64,000 nucleotides of DNA from Octopus bimaculoides (GCF_001194135.2 NC_068997.1:5527475-5591474), one strand, 5' to 3'; counted from the stretch's first letter, positions 39,501-53,279 are shown. Numbers and translations are program-made. The notes: generated by a model from the sequence alone, not told the origin.

Positions 39501-42085
39501 CTGTTTTGTGTTGTTGCTAGTCTATAAGAAAACAGAATATGTTTTGGTTAAACATTAACCTATGTTTCTGATTTTATTGGTCCACCACGGGGAATGTAAA
39601 ATTACTTTCTAAAGCAAGTGGTTTTTGGATCTTGGCTTTTTTTAGTTGTTGAATTTAATTGATTCTATCATGCGATGATGCTTCTGTCTTGTTCAACCCC
39701 CGTTATATCTACCTCGATAAACTTACTACATTCTTCTTTGTAAGAATTACACATATACATTATATCTGTCTATCACACACGCAAGCATATACATGTCATG
39801 TATAAAGAAATGTGGTAGTTTGCGTCAGCAAAAATTAATCATTTGTGAAGTTCCTAAATTTGGAGAAACTGATACATTAAACTTCATAGGTTTTGTTCTA
39901 GTATAATTTCAGAATTATAATGTTAGAGAGAAAAATGGGTCGGTCGAACAACAAAAGGATTATGAATTTCTATTGGTCTTGTTCACCTTCAGTATAGTCA
40001 GGTGCAGGCGAAACCATGCATGTGCTCCAAGTTGTGTTATGTAATTTTTCTCTTTTCTTGCAGTCTCACTCGTTCTTTAAAGTGAGAACTACATGCAGTA
40101 AATCCAAGCTTTGTGTCAGTATTCCATCATAAAGAGGTGAAATAGCTGAAAGACGTATTAATTCTACAAGTTCATAGGTTTTGTGTTGAAATCCTTTGGA
40201 GACATTTTTTAATTTTGTTTTAGGGCATTATACTTAACTTATCAGTGAGTAGGAACGAGGCAACCAAAGGGTTTTACTAGCATATATAACAGTCTCCTGT
40301 TCAGATGTTATTTGCATAACACTGGAGTTAAGCTAAAGTCTTGGTTCTAAAGAAATCTTTTAGAATGGTATATTTAGTTCATGTCTCTTCTATTATAATT
40401 CCATTCCCATCTAGGATTCATTATAGAAATTAATCTCACTATTTGATTTGTACTTTAGTTTGCCCTCAAGGATGAAAGGCAAAATTTATCATTGAGGGTG
40501 GGCTAAATATTTGAATTTAGAATATAAAGGCCATAAATATTTACAGCAAAACATTTTTATTTGACTTCTAATGCATAGATTTGACTTTGTGGTTTAGATC
40601 GAAGTATAAACTAGATCTTACAGGCCAGATAGAGAGAATTATTCCTAAAACCATATTCATAAACATGGACCAAAGTAAATGATTAATAACAGCTCTGAAT
40701 ATGTGCTAGCAATATATATTTTACAGAATAATTTAAACTAAAAATAATATTTTTGTTTGTAACATTCAACCAAGAGAGCAGATTAAACATTGTCACTGGC
40801 TATGTGTTATACACTCCTGTTCTAATGTTTCCGCCAAGGGCATGAGTATTGCTTAAATTTATTCATGATGGTTGAGCCAGGCTGATACAGCAAATCTTAC
40901 ATTTTAGGCAACAGTTAACCTGTCACTTATTCTATTGGTCACTTTTGCTGAATTTTTAAATAACTGTGATGTAAACAAACCGACTGTCAAACAGTGTGTG
41001 GCGGACAGGCACAAAGATACACACACGTGGCTGTGTGGTAAGAAGCTTACTTCTCAACCACATGATTCTGGGTTCGGTCCAACTGCATGACACCTTGGGC
41101 AAGCATCTTCTACTATAGCCTCAAGCCTACCAAAGCCTTTGTGAGTGGATTTGGTAGACAGAAACTTAAAGAATTTCGTATATATATATATATATAGGCG
41201 TAGGAATGGCTGTATGGTAAGTAGCTTGCTTACCAACCACATGGTTCCGGGTTCAGTCCCACTGCGTAGCATCTTGGGCAAGTGTCTTCTACTATAGCCT
41301 CCGGCCGACCAAAATCTTGTGAGTGGATTTGGTAGACAGAAACTTAAAGAATTTCGTATATATATATATATATAGGCGTAGGAATGGCTGTATGGTANNN
41401 NNNNNNNNNNNNNNNNNNNNNNNNNNNNNNNNNNNNNNNNNNNNNNNNNNNNNNNNNNNNNNNNNNNNNNNNNNNNNNNNNNNNNNNCAAAACTGGCCGA
41501 TAGAATAAGTACTAGGCTTACAAAGAATAAGTCCTGGGGGCGATTTGCTCGACTAAAGGCAGTGCTCCAGCATGGCCGCAGTCAAATGACTGAAACGAGT
41601 AAAAGAGTATATATATGTATTCATGTCTTTGTGTCTGTTTGTCCTGCCCCAGCATCGATTGACAACCAATGTTAGTGTGTTTATACCCCCGTAACTTACC
41701 AGTTCGGTAAAAGTGACCGATAGAAAAAGTATTAGGCTTACAGAGAATGAGTACTGGGGTCGATTTCTTTGACTAAAAACCTTTTAAGGCAGTGCTCTAG
41801 CATGACCACAGTCAAATGAGTGAAACAATAAAAAGAATACAAGAATGTATGTCTTTTATCTTTTACTTGTTTCAGTCATTAGACTGTGGTCATGCTGGGG
41901 CACCACTTTGAATTTTTTTTTAGCTGAATAGATTGACCCCCTCCCAGTACTTCTTTTTAAAGCCTGGTACTTATTCCATCAGTCACTTTTGCTGAACTGC
42001 TAGATTACGAGGATGCAAACACACCAACACCAGTTGTTAAGCTGTAGCAGGGGGACAAACAGGCACAATGACACACAACACATAT

Positions 42086-42120
<35 letters not shown>

Positions 42121-43989
42121 TGACAGGCTTCTTTCAATTTCTGTCTACCAAATCCACTCACAAGGCTTTGGTTATCCTGAGACTATAGTAGAAGACACTT
42201 GCCCAAGGTGCCTCACAGGGGGACTGAACTCAGGACCATGTGGTTGGGAACATACATTTTTTATTAATATTTATTCATGCCAATGCACAAAACTCTGACC
42301 TTGAGTCACACTGTTGCTTCTGCTAAATATTCATAAAAATATACATATGCTCATATTTTGAGTTCTATTTTCCCTGTGTATACACACACACATACACATG
42401 AAAACTTCCACACAGTTTCTGTCTACCAAATTCACTCACAATGTGTTAGTCAGCCTGGAGCTACAATAGAAGATACTTGCCCGAGGTACTGTGCTGTGGA
42501 ACTGAACCCACAACCAATAATGATAATATTATGATCAACGGGCATGGAATTATACTATCGGTGGAACCACTGACGCAATCCCTTGCAGTGTGTAATTTTC
42601 GATCTTTTATGACCTGAGTTCAAATCCTGCCATAGCCACCGCCTTAAAATAATGTGGTTGATTTTCAGAAGTTTAAGGAGTGATAGTCACTTTATACCGC
42701 TCTCTATCATTGGTAGTCCAAGTTAGAAGAGATTATTGTAATAAGTGGAGTGGTAGTGGTGTTGGTAGTTTATAGTTCATGCTGGGTTATAACTGTCTGA
42801 CCTGAATCAAGGCTCAAGAGATCTTTAAGAATCAGCCATGTTTTTGTTGTTATCCTGCACCTGACGGCTAGTCATTAGGTATGTTATCTCCTGGTTTATT
42901 AGTGCACATGTACTAACCCTGTAAAGTTTTATATATTTGCAGTGACCAGTAATCCAAATGATGGATTTGAAATGTTACACTGCAAGGTGATGGATGACAA
43001 GGGCTAGTCACAGACCTCAGAAATAATGTTGAATTGATGTTGTTCACTACAATGTGCACCCCTCCAGGTGACCTACTCTACTGGTTATTAGAAGAACTTA
43101 ATAAGGTGTTCAGTGTTACTGGAAATGCTAACAATATTGCAGATATACAAAGATTATATTTCACACAAGGAAAGCAACAAGGCCTTATATCTTGATACTT
43201 CTACGTTGTTTTCTATTCTTCCAAACACTGTAGATACCAGTCCAATCTGTCCTTTCAACAATGGCCAGATATGTTTCCAAGGAGAATAATAAACAAATGT
43301 TACTATCTGTATAAATAATGACTTGTTTCCACTCAACACATTAAGCCAAAGGGAATGTACACGCGCGCGCGCACACACACAAATTGGTTTCTTATGGCTT
43401 TCATCTGAAAATTGCACTCACAAGGCATTGCTCAGCTTATAGCTATAGTAGAGGGCACCAGTCAATAAGCCTATGCAATGCCTCAACTGCAAGGTTGCAA
43501 AATGCTTACATGGCCATGCCTATGCCTAAGTACATATATCTGCCTGCATGTTTGTGTGTGTGTAAATATATATATATATATATATATATAGGCACGCATC
43601 TAATTATGTGTGTGTGTGTATATCATCATCATCTTTTAATGTCTGTTCTTCATGCTGGCATGAGTTGGATGGTTTAACTGGAGTTGGCCAGCTGGAGCGC
43701 TGCCCGGGCTCCATTTGTCTGTTTTGTCATGGTTTGTATAGCTGGATGCCCTTCCTAACGCCAGCCACTTTCCAGAGCATACTGGGTGTTATGTAGTAGC
43801 AGCATGGGTGCTTTTGTATCACTGGCATGGGCACGATTTTGTGGTACTGGAATGGGTATTTTTACGTGTGTGTGTGTGTGTGTATGTTATTGTATTTAAT
43901 CAATTTTTCTCTGTTAATTTGGCTTGGATGAGACTTAGTGGCCAGATGTCTTTCCTATTGTTGCCATCTTTTACCTGTTTTACCACTTC

Positions 43990-44400
43990 ACATATTGGAA
44001 TTGCTGAACCACAGGATATATCTTTTACAGCAGCTATAACAGCCAAGGACATGCGTAGGCTTGAGAGAAATGTAGCCAGTATGCTTTGCTGGATGAGCAA
44101 TGTCAGTGTGCATGTTCAACAGAGTGTCAGCATCTTAAGAGAAAAGCTAGGCATAAGTGGAACCAGATGTGGTGTGCAAGAGAGACAACTGCGCTGGTAT
44201 GGTCATGTGATGTGTATGGATGAGGACAGTTGTGTAAAGAAGTGCTAATCTCTAACTGTGGAGGGAACCTGTGTTAGAGGTAGACCCAGGAAGACGTGGG
44301 ACGAGGTGGTGAAGCATGATCTTCGAACTTTGAACCTCATAGAGGCAATGAATAGTGACAGACCTTTGGGGAGGTGCTCTGCTTAAGAGGACCCATTAAG
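43990..44400 (+). mobile_element. RTE-clade LINE 3' fragment
   Basis: TAKDMRRLERNVASMLCWMSNVSVH...LREKLGISG...QERQLRWYGHVM, then RGRPRKTWDEVV. Confidence 0.88.
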
Positions 44401-46269
44401 CCAAGTGCATGATGTGAACTCTCAGTTTAAAATAATTTCTTTATGGTACTCTGATTCTTCCACTTTGTCAACCTTTTACATTAAATAATGATTTCAAATT
44501 TTAGAAGAAGGCTAGCAATTTTGGGGGAGCAAGTCAATTAGATTGACCCCAGTGTTCAACTGGTACTTATTTTATTGACTCTGAAAGGATGAAAGGCAAA
44601 GTCAAGCCTGGTGGAATTTGAACTCAGAACATAAAGATGGATGAAATATTGCTAAGTGTTTTGTCTGGCATGCTGAAGATTCTGCTGGTTAGTTTCTAAC
44701 GTAGGCATAATGCCAGAAGTTTTGAGGGTGAGTGTAATCCAATTGAACCATAGTTCACAGCTGGTACTTAATTATCAACCATTCATCCTTTGAGGAATGA
44801 AAAGCAAAATCAACTTCAGAACTGAAATGTAGCTATCTACCGCCAGGTGTTCCGTCTTATGCTCTTCCAGCTTTGTCATCCAAACAGTATGAAGAATGGA
44901 GTTGTTTGGTACATCGCTGAAGACTTTTTGTTTTCTTCTGAGCAGTCATTCTCTGTACTCGTCAATGTAACAGGTGGGGAGATTGTTTGATGGTTGATTA
45001 GGGTTAATAGAGTTTGGTGAATTTTAGAGTTTTCTATCAAGTTGCCACCCTGGGGCAATGTAAATAATGACAAGACCAACAGTAGTAATACACAGCTATT
45101 TCTATCATGCTGCTAAAAGCCAACCAGGTAATCTATGTGGTTACTTAATCAGCTAGAAATGACAGCTAAATTTCCCTTAAATCACACTGTCATCTTTAAA
45201 AAAGTTCTCATTGGAGACTGTAATTCTGAGTTCCATGTACATAGGAAAAGTGTGAGGTGGTCACAGAGTATTCAGCCCACCCAAGGGCAGTGTAAATAGT
45301 AATAAGAGCAACAGCCACAACATTTTGTTAGTTCCACCTATTTGTCTTTTCAGAATAGTGTTGATAGTAACATCACACAGTTCTATACTTTTGCCACCTG
45401 AGAATAATTGAAATTGTAACAACTAAAACAGTTTCACTGTAGTTCTACCTAGTTGCTGCACCAGAGTAGTGTTAATAGTGACAAGAATAATGAAACATTG
45501 TGGTTTACAATTGACTAACCTTATTTGCAAGTTGTTTTATCTAAGATGTAGAGGATAGTGATTATAACAAACAGTGCGATGTAATCTCTTATCAAGTGAT
45601 GNNNNNNNNNNNNNNNNNNNNNNNNNNNNNNNNNNNNNNNNNNNNNNNNNNNNNNNNNNNNNNNNNNNNNNNNNNNNNNNNNNNNNNNNNNNNNNNNNNN
45701 NNNNNNNNNNNNNNNNNNNNNNNNNNNNNNNNNNNNNNNNNNNNNNNNNNNNNNNNNNNNNNNNNNNNNNNNNNNNNNNNNNNNNNNNNNNNNNNNNNNN
45801 NNNNNNNNNNNNNNNNNNNNNNNNNNNNNNNNNNNNNNNNNNNNNNNNNNNNNNNNNNNNNNNNNNNNNNNNNNNNNNNNNNNNNNNNNNNNNNNNNNNN
45901 NNNNNNNNNNNNNNNNNNNNNNNNNNNNNNNNNNNNNNNNNNNNNNNNNNNNNNNNNNNNNNNNNNNNNNNNNNNNNNNNNNNNNNNNNNNNNNNNNNNN
46001 NNNNNNNNNNNNNNNNNNNNNNNNNNNNNNNNNNNNNNNNNNNNNNNNNNNNNNNNNNNNNNNNNNNNNNNNNNNNNNNNNNNNNNNNNNNNNNNNNNNN
46101 NNNNNNNNNNNNNNNNNNNNNNNNNNNNNNNNNNNNNNNNNNNNNNNNNNNNNNNNNNNNNNNNNNNNNNNNNNNNNNNNNNNNNNNNNNNNNNNNNNNN
46201 NNNNNNNNNNNNNNNNNNNNNNNNNNNNNNNNNNNNNNNNNNNNNNNNNNNNNNNNNNNNNNNNNNNNN

Positions 46270-47365
46270 TAACTAATTTATTCAAATTAATGCCAATGGC
46301 CTATTTGAGTTATTTCCTTTAACTCGTCTTTATTTGTATGAAATGTACTGGCCAAACATTAATTCATATCTCATTTTTCTGGATGTAAAAAAAATAAAGG
46401 CTTTTTTTAATGAAAAGTAATGATAAATATACACAATTTGAAGAACTGTGGTAGAATTAAGAGGAATAAAAGTCATTACTTTGAATTATTAAAGGGATTC
46501 AAAGTCATACTGGTTTCATCAATTGCTGTTCACTGGCTTTGAATGCGCACTGATTATCAAATGGTGTCGGGTCTACTAGTCCCTCAGTAAAAAGATCATA
46601 TGCAAGGGAGGTAAGTTGTTCTGGGAGTGGCGCAATTAGGGTAGATGTAATACTATAATATGAATGGTGTATGGAGTGTATGGGAGTTAGTGGTATTAAT
46701 GATAAGGTTAGTAGTGTTCTATATTATGCATTCATGTTGAGTTGTGGATGACATTTATTGATGAAAGTTGCTTCTTTATTCATTCTTTGCTTAACAGAAG
46801 TTTTCTGTGGACATTGATATAAAGAGAACATTTGGAAGTTAGGATTAAGGTTCCTAACACACCTTTTAATGTGTTCACTGACCTGTAACTCTGTATTGTG
46901 GGTAGCGGATTTGTTCTTTGTGCAGAGTTGTTCTTTGATGGAGTGACATTCCTGTTTGGCCAATATAATGATTATCACACTCTAAGCAGGTAATGGCATA
47001 GATTAGGTTTTCCGAGGCACAGGTGAAATTTAATTTTATCTTAAATGTTTCACCTTGTTTAATGTGGAACTCTGTACCCTCCAAAAGGTGGGGGCATGTG
47101 CCACAATTAGGCCGACCACATTTTTTCACTTTTGGTTCCATTGTTAATGGATATAGTCTTGCGTTGGTTAATATTTTTTTCAATGATTTTGGTTGCATTT
47201 TGCTTTTGATAATTTTGTGTGAGCCTAAAATTTTGTTCATTATTTTATCTCCTGTGAGGGTGGGTAGATTTTTGATGATAATGTTGAAGGCCTCATTGTT
47301 TGTAGAGGTTGTGTGTGGAGATATATGGGAGTATTTTTAAGTCTGGTGTTGTATTCCAGTTGACT
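46270..47365 (-). mobile_element. Penelope-like element (Neptune-type), 5'-truncated 3' end
   Basis: RT-EN linker, Zn-finger-like CGRPNCGTCPH and GIY-YIG endonuclease, followed by AT-rich 3'/pLTR sequence that runs into the gap at 46270. Confidence 0.88.
46724..47340 (-). pseudogene. PLE C-terminus with GIY-YIG endonuclease, frameshifted
   Basis: KSKMQPKSLKKILTNAR, CGRPNCGTC, NLIYAITCLECDNHYIGQT, R..LH and SEH, ending FINKCHPQLN. Frameshift near 46890 joins track ORFs 46875-47240 and 46724-46978. Confidence 0.9.
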
Positions 47366-47934
47366 TCCCTTAATGTTCGTATGTCTATTTCCTTTGCTTG
47401 TTTATTCCCATCATGAACTGTGGCCATGCTGGGGCACCACCATTTTGTGTTACTACATAATTTTACTTCACGAATGCTTTTTAGGAATTGACATTTGGTG
47501 CATTAGGGAGTTTGATGCCACTGCCCTCATCTGCACCTCCTGCCGCAAAGTTTGCACATCTGGGACACTTGACAGAGGTCCAGCTTTATTTTGAAGACAC
47601 TTACATCCNNNNNNNNNNNNNNNNNNNNNNNNNNNNNNNNNNNNNNNNNNNNNNNNNNNNNNNNNNNNNNNNNNNNNNNNNNNNNNNNNNNNNNNNNNNN
47701 NNNNNNNNNNNNNNNNNNNNNNNNNNNNNNNNNNNNNNNNNNNNNNNNNNNNNNNNNNNNNNNNNNNNNNNNNNNNNNNNNNNNNNNNNNNNNNNNNNNN
47801 NNNNNNNNNNNNNNNNNNNNNNNNNNNNNNNNNNNNNNNNNNNNNNNNNNNNNNNNNNNNNNNNNNNNNNNNNNNNNNNNNNNNNNNNNNNNNNNNNNNN
47901 NNNNNNNNNNNNNNNNNNNNNNNATATAATACAT

Positions 47935-48127
47935 ACTCTTTTACTTGTTTCAGTCATTTGACTGCGGCCATGCTGGAGCATCGCCTTTAGTCGAACAAAT
48001 CGACCCCAGGACTTATTCTTTATAAGCCTAGTACTTATTCTATCGGTCTCTTTTGCTGAAGCGCTAAGTTACGGGGACGTAAACACACCAACATCGATTG
48101 TTGAGCGATGGTGGGGGACAAACAAAG

Positions 48128-48169
<42 letters not shown>

Positions 48170-48338
48170 GACGGGCTTCTTTCAGTTTCCGTCTACCAAA
48201 TCCACTCACATGGCTTTGGTCGGCCCGAGGCTATAGTAGAAGTCACTTGCCCAAGGTGCCATGCCATGCAGTGGGACTGAACCTGGAACCATGTGGTTGG
48301 TAAGCAAGCTACTTACCACACAGCCACTCCTGCGCCTA
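47935..48338 (-). mobile_element. Full-length, relatively young CORE-like tRNA-derived SINE
   Basis: Complete head, core, microsatellite and 3' tail with CpGs retained. Further copies at ~2725, 12490, 17830, 20300, 40925-42510, 49335, 50000, 56750, 60400 and 63530. Confidence 0.9.
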
Positions 48339-48379
48339 TATATATTACATATATATATTACATATACATCATCATTATC

Positions 48380-48738
48380 ATCATCATTTAATGTCCGCTT
48401 TCTATGTTAACATGGGTTGGGCGATTTGACTGAGGGCTGGTGAATCAGATGGCTGCACCAGGCTTGAATCTGATTTGGCAGAGTTTCTGCATCTGGATGC
48501 CCTTCCTAATGTCAACCACTCCGAGAATGTAGTGGGTGCTTTTACGTACCACCAGCATGAAGGTCAGTCAGGCGGTACTGGCAGCGGCAACGCTCAAAAT
48601 GGTGTATTTTACGTGCCACCGGCACAAGTGCCAGGAATGCGATGCTGGTAACGATCATGCTCGAACGGTGCTCTTAGCGCTCCACTGGTACAGGTGCCAT
48701 CACAATTCTAGTATATATATATATTACATATATATATG

Positions 48739-48769
<31 letters not shown>

Positions 48770-49270
48770 TACATATACATATATGTATATATGTATTACA
48801 TATATATGTATATATATTACATTTATATATATATATCATCATCATCATCGTCGTTTAACGTCCGCTTTCCATGCTAGCATGGGTTGGACGATTTGACTGA
48901 GGACTGGTGAAACCAGATGGCTACACCAGGCTCCAATCTGATTTGGCAGAGTTTCTACAGCTGGATGCTCTTCCTAACGCCAACCNNNNNNNNNNTGGTG
49001 AAACCAGATGGCTACACCAGGCTCCAATCTGATTTGGCAGAGTTTCTACAGCTGGATGCTCTTCCTAACGCCAACCACTCAGAGAGTGTAGTAGGTGCTT
49101 TTACATGTCACCCGCATGAAGGCCAGTCAGGCGGTACTGGCAATGGCCATGCTCAAGGTGGTGTATTTTATATGCCACCCGCACAAGAGCCAGTCCAAGG
49201 GCACTGGCAACAATCTCGCTCGAAAATCCTACGAAGGCCAGTCCAGCGGTACTGGCAATGGTCACGCTCT
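48380..49270 (-). mobile_element. Cluster of RTE-associated SINE-like repeats (gcattaggaagggcatccagctgtagaaa family)
   Basis: Same family seen at ~17170, 27880, 28790, 43620, 50260, 56920, 57290, 60075, 62620 and 63660; copies end in (GAT)n tails. Confidence 0.75.
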
Positions 49271-50474
49271 ACAAATACATGTGTATATATATATATATAT
49301 GTATATATATGTGTGTGTGTGTCTGTATATATATATATTTTCTTTTACTCTTTTACTTGTTTCAGTCATTTGACTGCGGCCATGCTGGAGCACCACCTTT
49401 AGTCGAGCAAATCAACTCCAGCATAAATTTACATTATTTGGTGATAAATATCTGTTGTACACCACAGATAGCATATGGAGAGGCCATTTGTATGTTTGAG
49501 AGATGGTTTTTCCAGGTGAGGCCAAGTATTGTTTAGACTGTGGAAATAGAAAACATTGAAAACTGAATGTTTCTATCTGTGATATGCAGGCCCCAACTTT
49601 TACTGCCACACTGGAGTACCTGGAGAGTGAATATAATTCACATAGTTCTTCTTGACTGTAACTTGGTAATTTATTAAGAAAACTTTAGTTGGCTCTCTTC
49701 TCACTATATAATGGATATGTGTAATCTTTCAAAAGTGAAGGGAGACAACTTAGTGATGTCACAAGCTACCTCAGTGTTGAGAAGCCCTAAGTAATTAATT
49801 ATAAAGCAATGATTACTTTTGATTAGTCACCAGCCCAATATTTTTATAAAATTTCTAATATTTTTCAAGACTGTTAAAGAGGTATAATAAATTAAATCCT
49901 CTCCGGTATTTTACAAGTAGCTGTTTTATTATTGCATGATGTCCAGACAAGGAGACATGCTTGGGCATTACCTAGTAGTTATTTTTTAAAAAACCTGGCA
50001 CTTAATCTGTCAGTTTCTTATGCTGAACTACTATGTTATGGCGACATAAAGAAACTAACACTGATTGTAAAGCAGTCGGGGAGACACACACACGCACACA
50101 CAAAATACGTTGTGCTTCCACAGTTTCTGTCTACTAAATTCAATCATAGGGCATTGGTTGTTTTGGGGCTATACTGAAAGACAACTTGCCTAAAGTGGCA
50201 TGTAGTGGTTCTGAACCTGAAACCACATGGTTGTAAAGCAAGCTCCGTAACCACACATCCATGTCTGTGCCACTTTGTAAAGTGGTTGGCATTAGGAAGG
50301 GCATCCAGCCATGGAAACCATGCCAAAACAGACAGCTCTTCAGCTGGCCAGCTCCTGTCAAATTCTCCAACTCATGCCAGCATGGAAAAAAGACATTAGA
50401 TGATGATGATGATGAATTTACTTTATTATAAAAGTTACTGTTGTTTATAACATTTCAATTTCTTTACCATTTCT

Positions 50475-50660
50475 AATGTTGATGGTGTAAGATATGTTGA
50501 TGTATTCAATTAGAGTGGTGTATCTTGTGTAAAATTTAACACTTCAGCATTTGAAATATTGATGGCATTAGATATGCTGATGTATTTATATAGAGTGGTG
50601 TGTCTTGTCTAAAGTTTAACACATTAGTAATTGTAATGTTAATGGTGCTGGATAAATATT
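50475..50660. repeat. 80-bp tandem repeat, about 2.3 copies
   Basis: Unit starts tt(g/a)atgg at 50479, 50559 and 50639. Confidence 0.85.
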
Positions 50661-50764
50661 TTAATCACAGAGAATAGATGAAAGAAAAATGCAATTTGCT
50701 GTATGATTTAGTGGAAGTTTTCCTGCTACTAATAATAAGTATGTTGTTACAGCCAGATGTATGT

Positions 50765-51060
50765 GAAGGTGCATGGCTCAGTGGTTAGAGCGTCAGGTTC
50801 ACAATCATGTGATAGTGAGTTTGATTCCTGGACTGGCTGTGTGTTGTGTTCTTGAGCAAGACACTCTATTTCACTTTGCTCCAGTTCACTCAGCTGTAGA
50901 AATGAGTGCCAAGCTGTATTGGCCTTTGCCTTTCCCTTGGATAACATCAGTGGCACGGGCGACTGCTAGTCTTCCATAAACAACTTTGCCCTGACTTGTG
51001 CCTTGGAGGGTAACTTTCTAGGTGCAATCCCATGGTCATTCATAACCAAAGGGAGTCTCT
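50765..51060 (+). mobile_element. tRNA-derived SINE (third family)
   Basis: A box tggctcagtgg, B box gtttgattcc, then ttgagcaagacact...cactcagctg. Similar copy at ~20540-20760. Confidence 0.75.
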
Positions 51061-53109
51061 ACCTTTTTACAACCAGATGTGGTTAGTTAGATCAACAGAT
51101 AACTCCATTTTCTGCTTTATATGGCAGCCATATTTTGTTTGGATAATGAAGTCCTTTCATACTTTGAATAAAGATGGGATGCTTTTGATCAAAGGTCTAC
51201 TTGCTGAAAGTCATTCTGGGACTAAACAGTAACTAAATTCTTACTTTCTCTAAATCTTTTTTGATCACTGTTCTTTCTGTTGTTTCTGGAATTACTACTT
51301 TTAGTCCTCCATGTTACTGCTCCACTCCCACCTCTCTATTTCTTTTTCCCAAGATCCCTTCCCCTTTTAAAAATACTGTTATATCCCACTCTGCTGCTTC
51401 AAAGAAAAAAAGAAAGAAATCTGTTCCTACTCCATCACACTCCTCCTCTTATTCCTCCCTTACTTTAGTTACTAAGGCTAACCCATTGTTTCTTTTTCCC
51501 TTTCCTTTACCAGTCTCTGAGGCTCTGCAATAAATAAAGGTCACAGAAACTGCCCTTCCTCCTGTAACCAAGTACCAAAAAAAAAAAAAAAAAAAAGTAC
51601 ATTTTTGGAGCTTGTTACTCGGAATACAATCCATACACACACACAGAGCAGCTAGCATAAAAATGCATCGTGTTGTANNNNNNNNNNNNNNNNNNNNNNN
51701 NNNNNNNNNNNNNNNNNNNNNNNNNNNNNNNNNNNNNNNNNNNNNNNNNNNNNNNNNNNNNNNNNNNNNNNNNNNNNNNNNNNNNNNNNNNNNNNNNNNN
51801 NNNNNNNNNNNNNNNNNNNNNNNNNNNNNNNNNNNNNNNNNNNNNNNNNNNNNNNNNNNNNNNNNNNNNNNNNNNNNNNNNNNNNNNNNNNNNNNNNNNN
51901 NNNNNNNNNNNNNNNNNNNNNNNNNNNNNNNNNNNNNNNNNNNNNNNNNNNNNNNNNNNNNNNNNNNNNNNNNNNNNNNNNNNNNNNNNNNNNNNNNNNN
52001 NNNNNNNNNNNNNNNNNNNNNNNNNNNNNNNNNNNNNNNNNNNNNNNNNNNNNNNNNNNNNNNNNNNNNNNNNNNNNNNNNNNNNNNNNNNNNNNNNNNN
52101 NNNNNNNNNNNNNNNNNNNNNNNNNNNNNNNNNNNNNNNNNNNNNNNNNNNNNNNNNNNNNNNNNNNNNNNNNNNNNNNNNNNNNNNNNNNNATATATAT
52201 ATATATATATATATACATATTGATAATCAAAGATGGGTGTGTCATCATCATTTTTGCATCCAGTTTCCATGCTAGTATGGATTGGCTCAGTAGTTACATT
52301 CTGAGTCAGTTCGTATTCATTGTTACTGCCTTCTGAGATGAACTAGGAACTACCTCTTGCTTGTGTGTTTTATTTTTGGCATGGTTTCTATGGGTGGATG
52401 TTTTTCCTGCAAAACAAACACTTTACGGAATTTAGTGGGTATATTTCATTGTGGCACCAGCACCAGAAGGAGTAATCATGTCCTTAGCAAGACTAAGTCC
52501 TTTCAACCCTGGATTGTCTACCGATCCTGGAGTGGAACAGAACCCTAAACCATATGGTTGTGGGGAGAACTTCTTAACCACACAGCCATGTCTACACCTA
52601 GAATGGTGGCTGTAAATATTGAGTTTAGGGAGGGGTTTTGATGACCAGCAGTACAGGAGTTAGATATTAGGGTGTGTGGAGTCTGGTGTGTGCAGTACAG
52701 AAGGATAATGTAAGTGGAGAGTAGGGTGTATACACTATTAGGGTATATGGAGAGTGGGCAAATCCTATACAATCCCTAATTACACAAGCATTGTAATGGG
52801 AGATGCTGACAGATTTAGTGACATCTTTCATTGTGTAGGCAGCATGATAGAGTGAATAGGGGAAAGGGTGAAACCCCCAAATGCAATGTGAATAAATTAT
52901 GTCAAATTTATTCACATTGATTTGAATTAATCATGCATTATCTTGTAGCTTTAAGATTACAATGATGTGATTTCATATTCTTACGACATTGTTAGACAGG
53001 TGTGAGAGGCCAGATGTGGTCAGTTTGAACATAAAACAGGTAGAAAATTTGGGGCTGGATATAGCTAGTTTAAATGCAAAAGAGTTCTCTCTCTCTCTCT
53101 CTCTTTATA

Positions 53110-53151
<42 letters not shown>

Positions 53152-53279
53152 CCAGTGTCCATTACTGTCATCATTTTAATGTATATTTCACCATGTTGGT
53201 GCAGGTGGATGTACTTCTCCAGTAGGACTGTGTACCATTAATTGTTGTGGTCTTTTGTGTTCTCTTTTATGAGGCTCAG

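Noticed and set aside
44826-44990. Open plus-strand frame with acceptor and donor-like ends (LCHPNSMKNGVVWY...)
   Set aside because: The opposite strand reads RMTAQKKTKSLQRCTKQL, resembling a Tc1/maT transposase segment, so a transposon remnant is the simpler explanation.
48893-48915. CTGAGGA-ctggt-GAAAC motif
   Set aside because: No stem II, stem III or NUH geometry; it is part of the RTE-associated SINE, where ctggt/accag pair across GAA instead.
48906-49075. Exact ~80-bp direct repeat
   Set aside because: The copies flank a 10-N gap, typical of an unmerged contig overlap.
50765-50835. tRNA-like A and B boxes (also in other SINE heads and at ~35430 and ~39290)
   Set aside because: No complete cloverleaf, and they continue into SINE bodies, so they are not tRNA genes.
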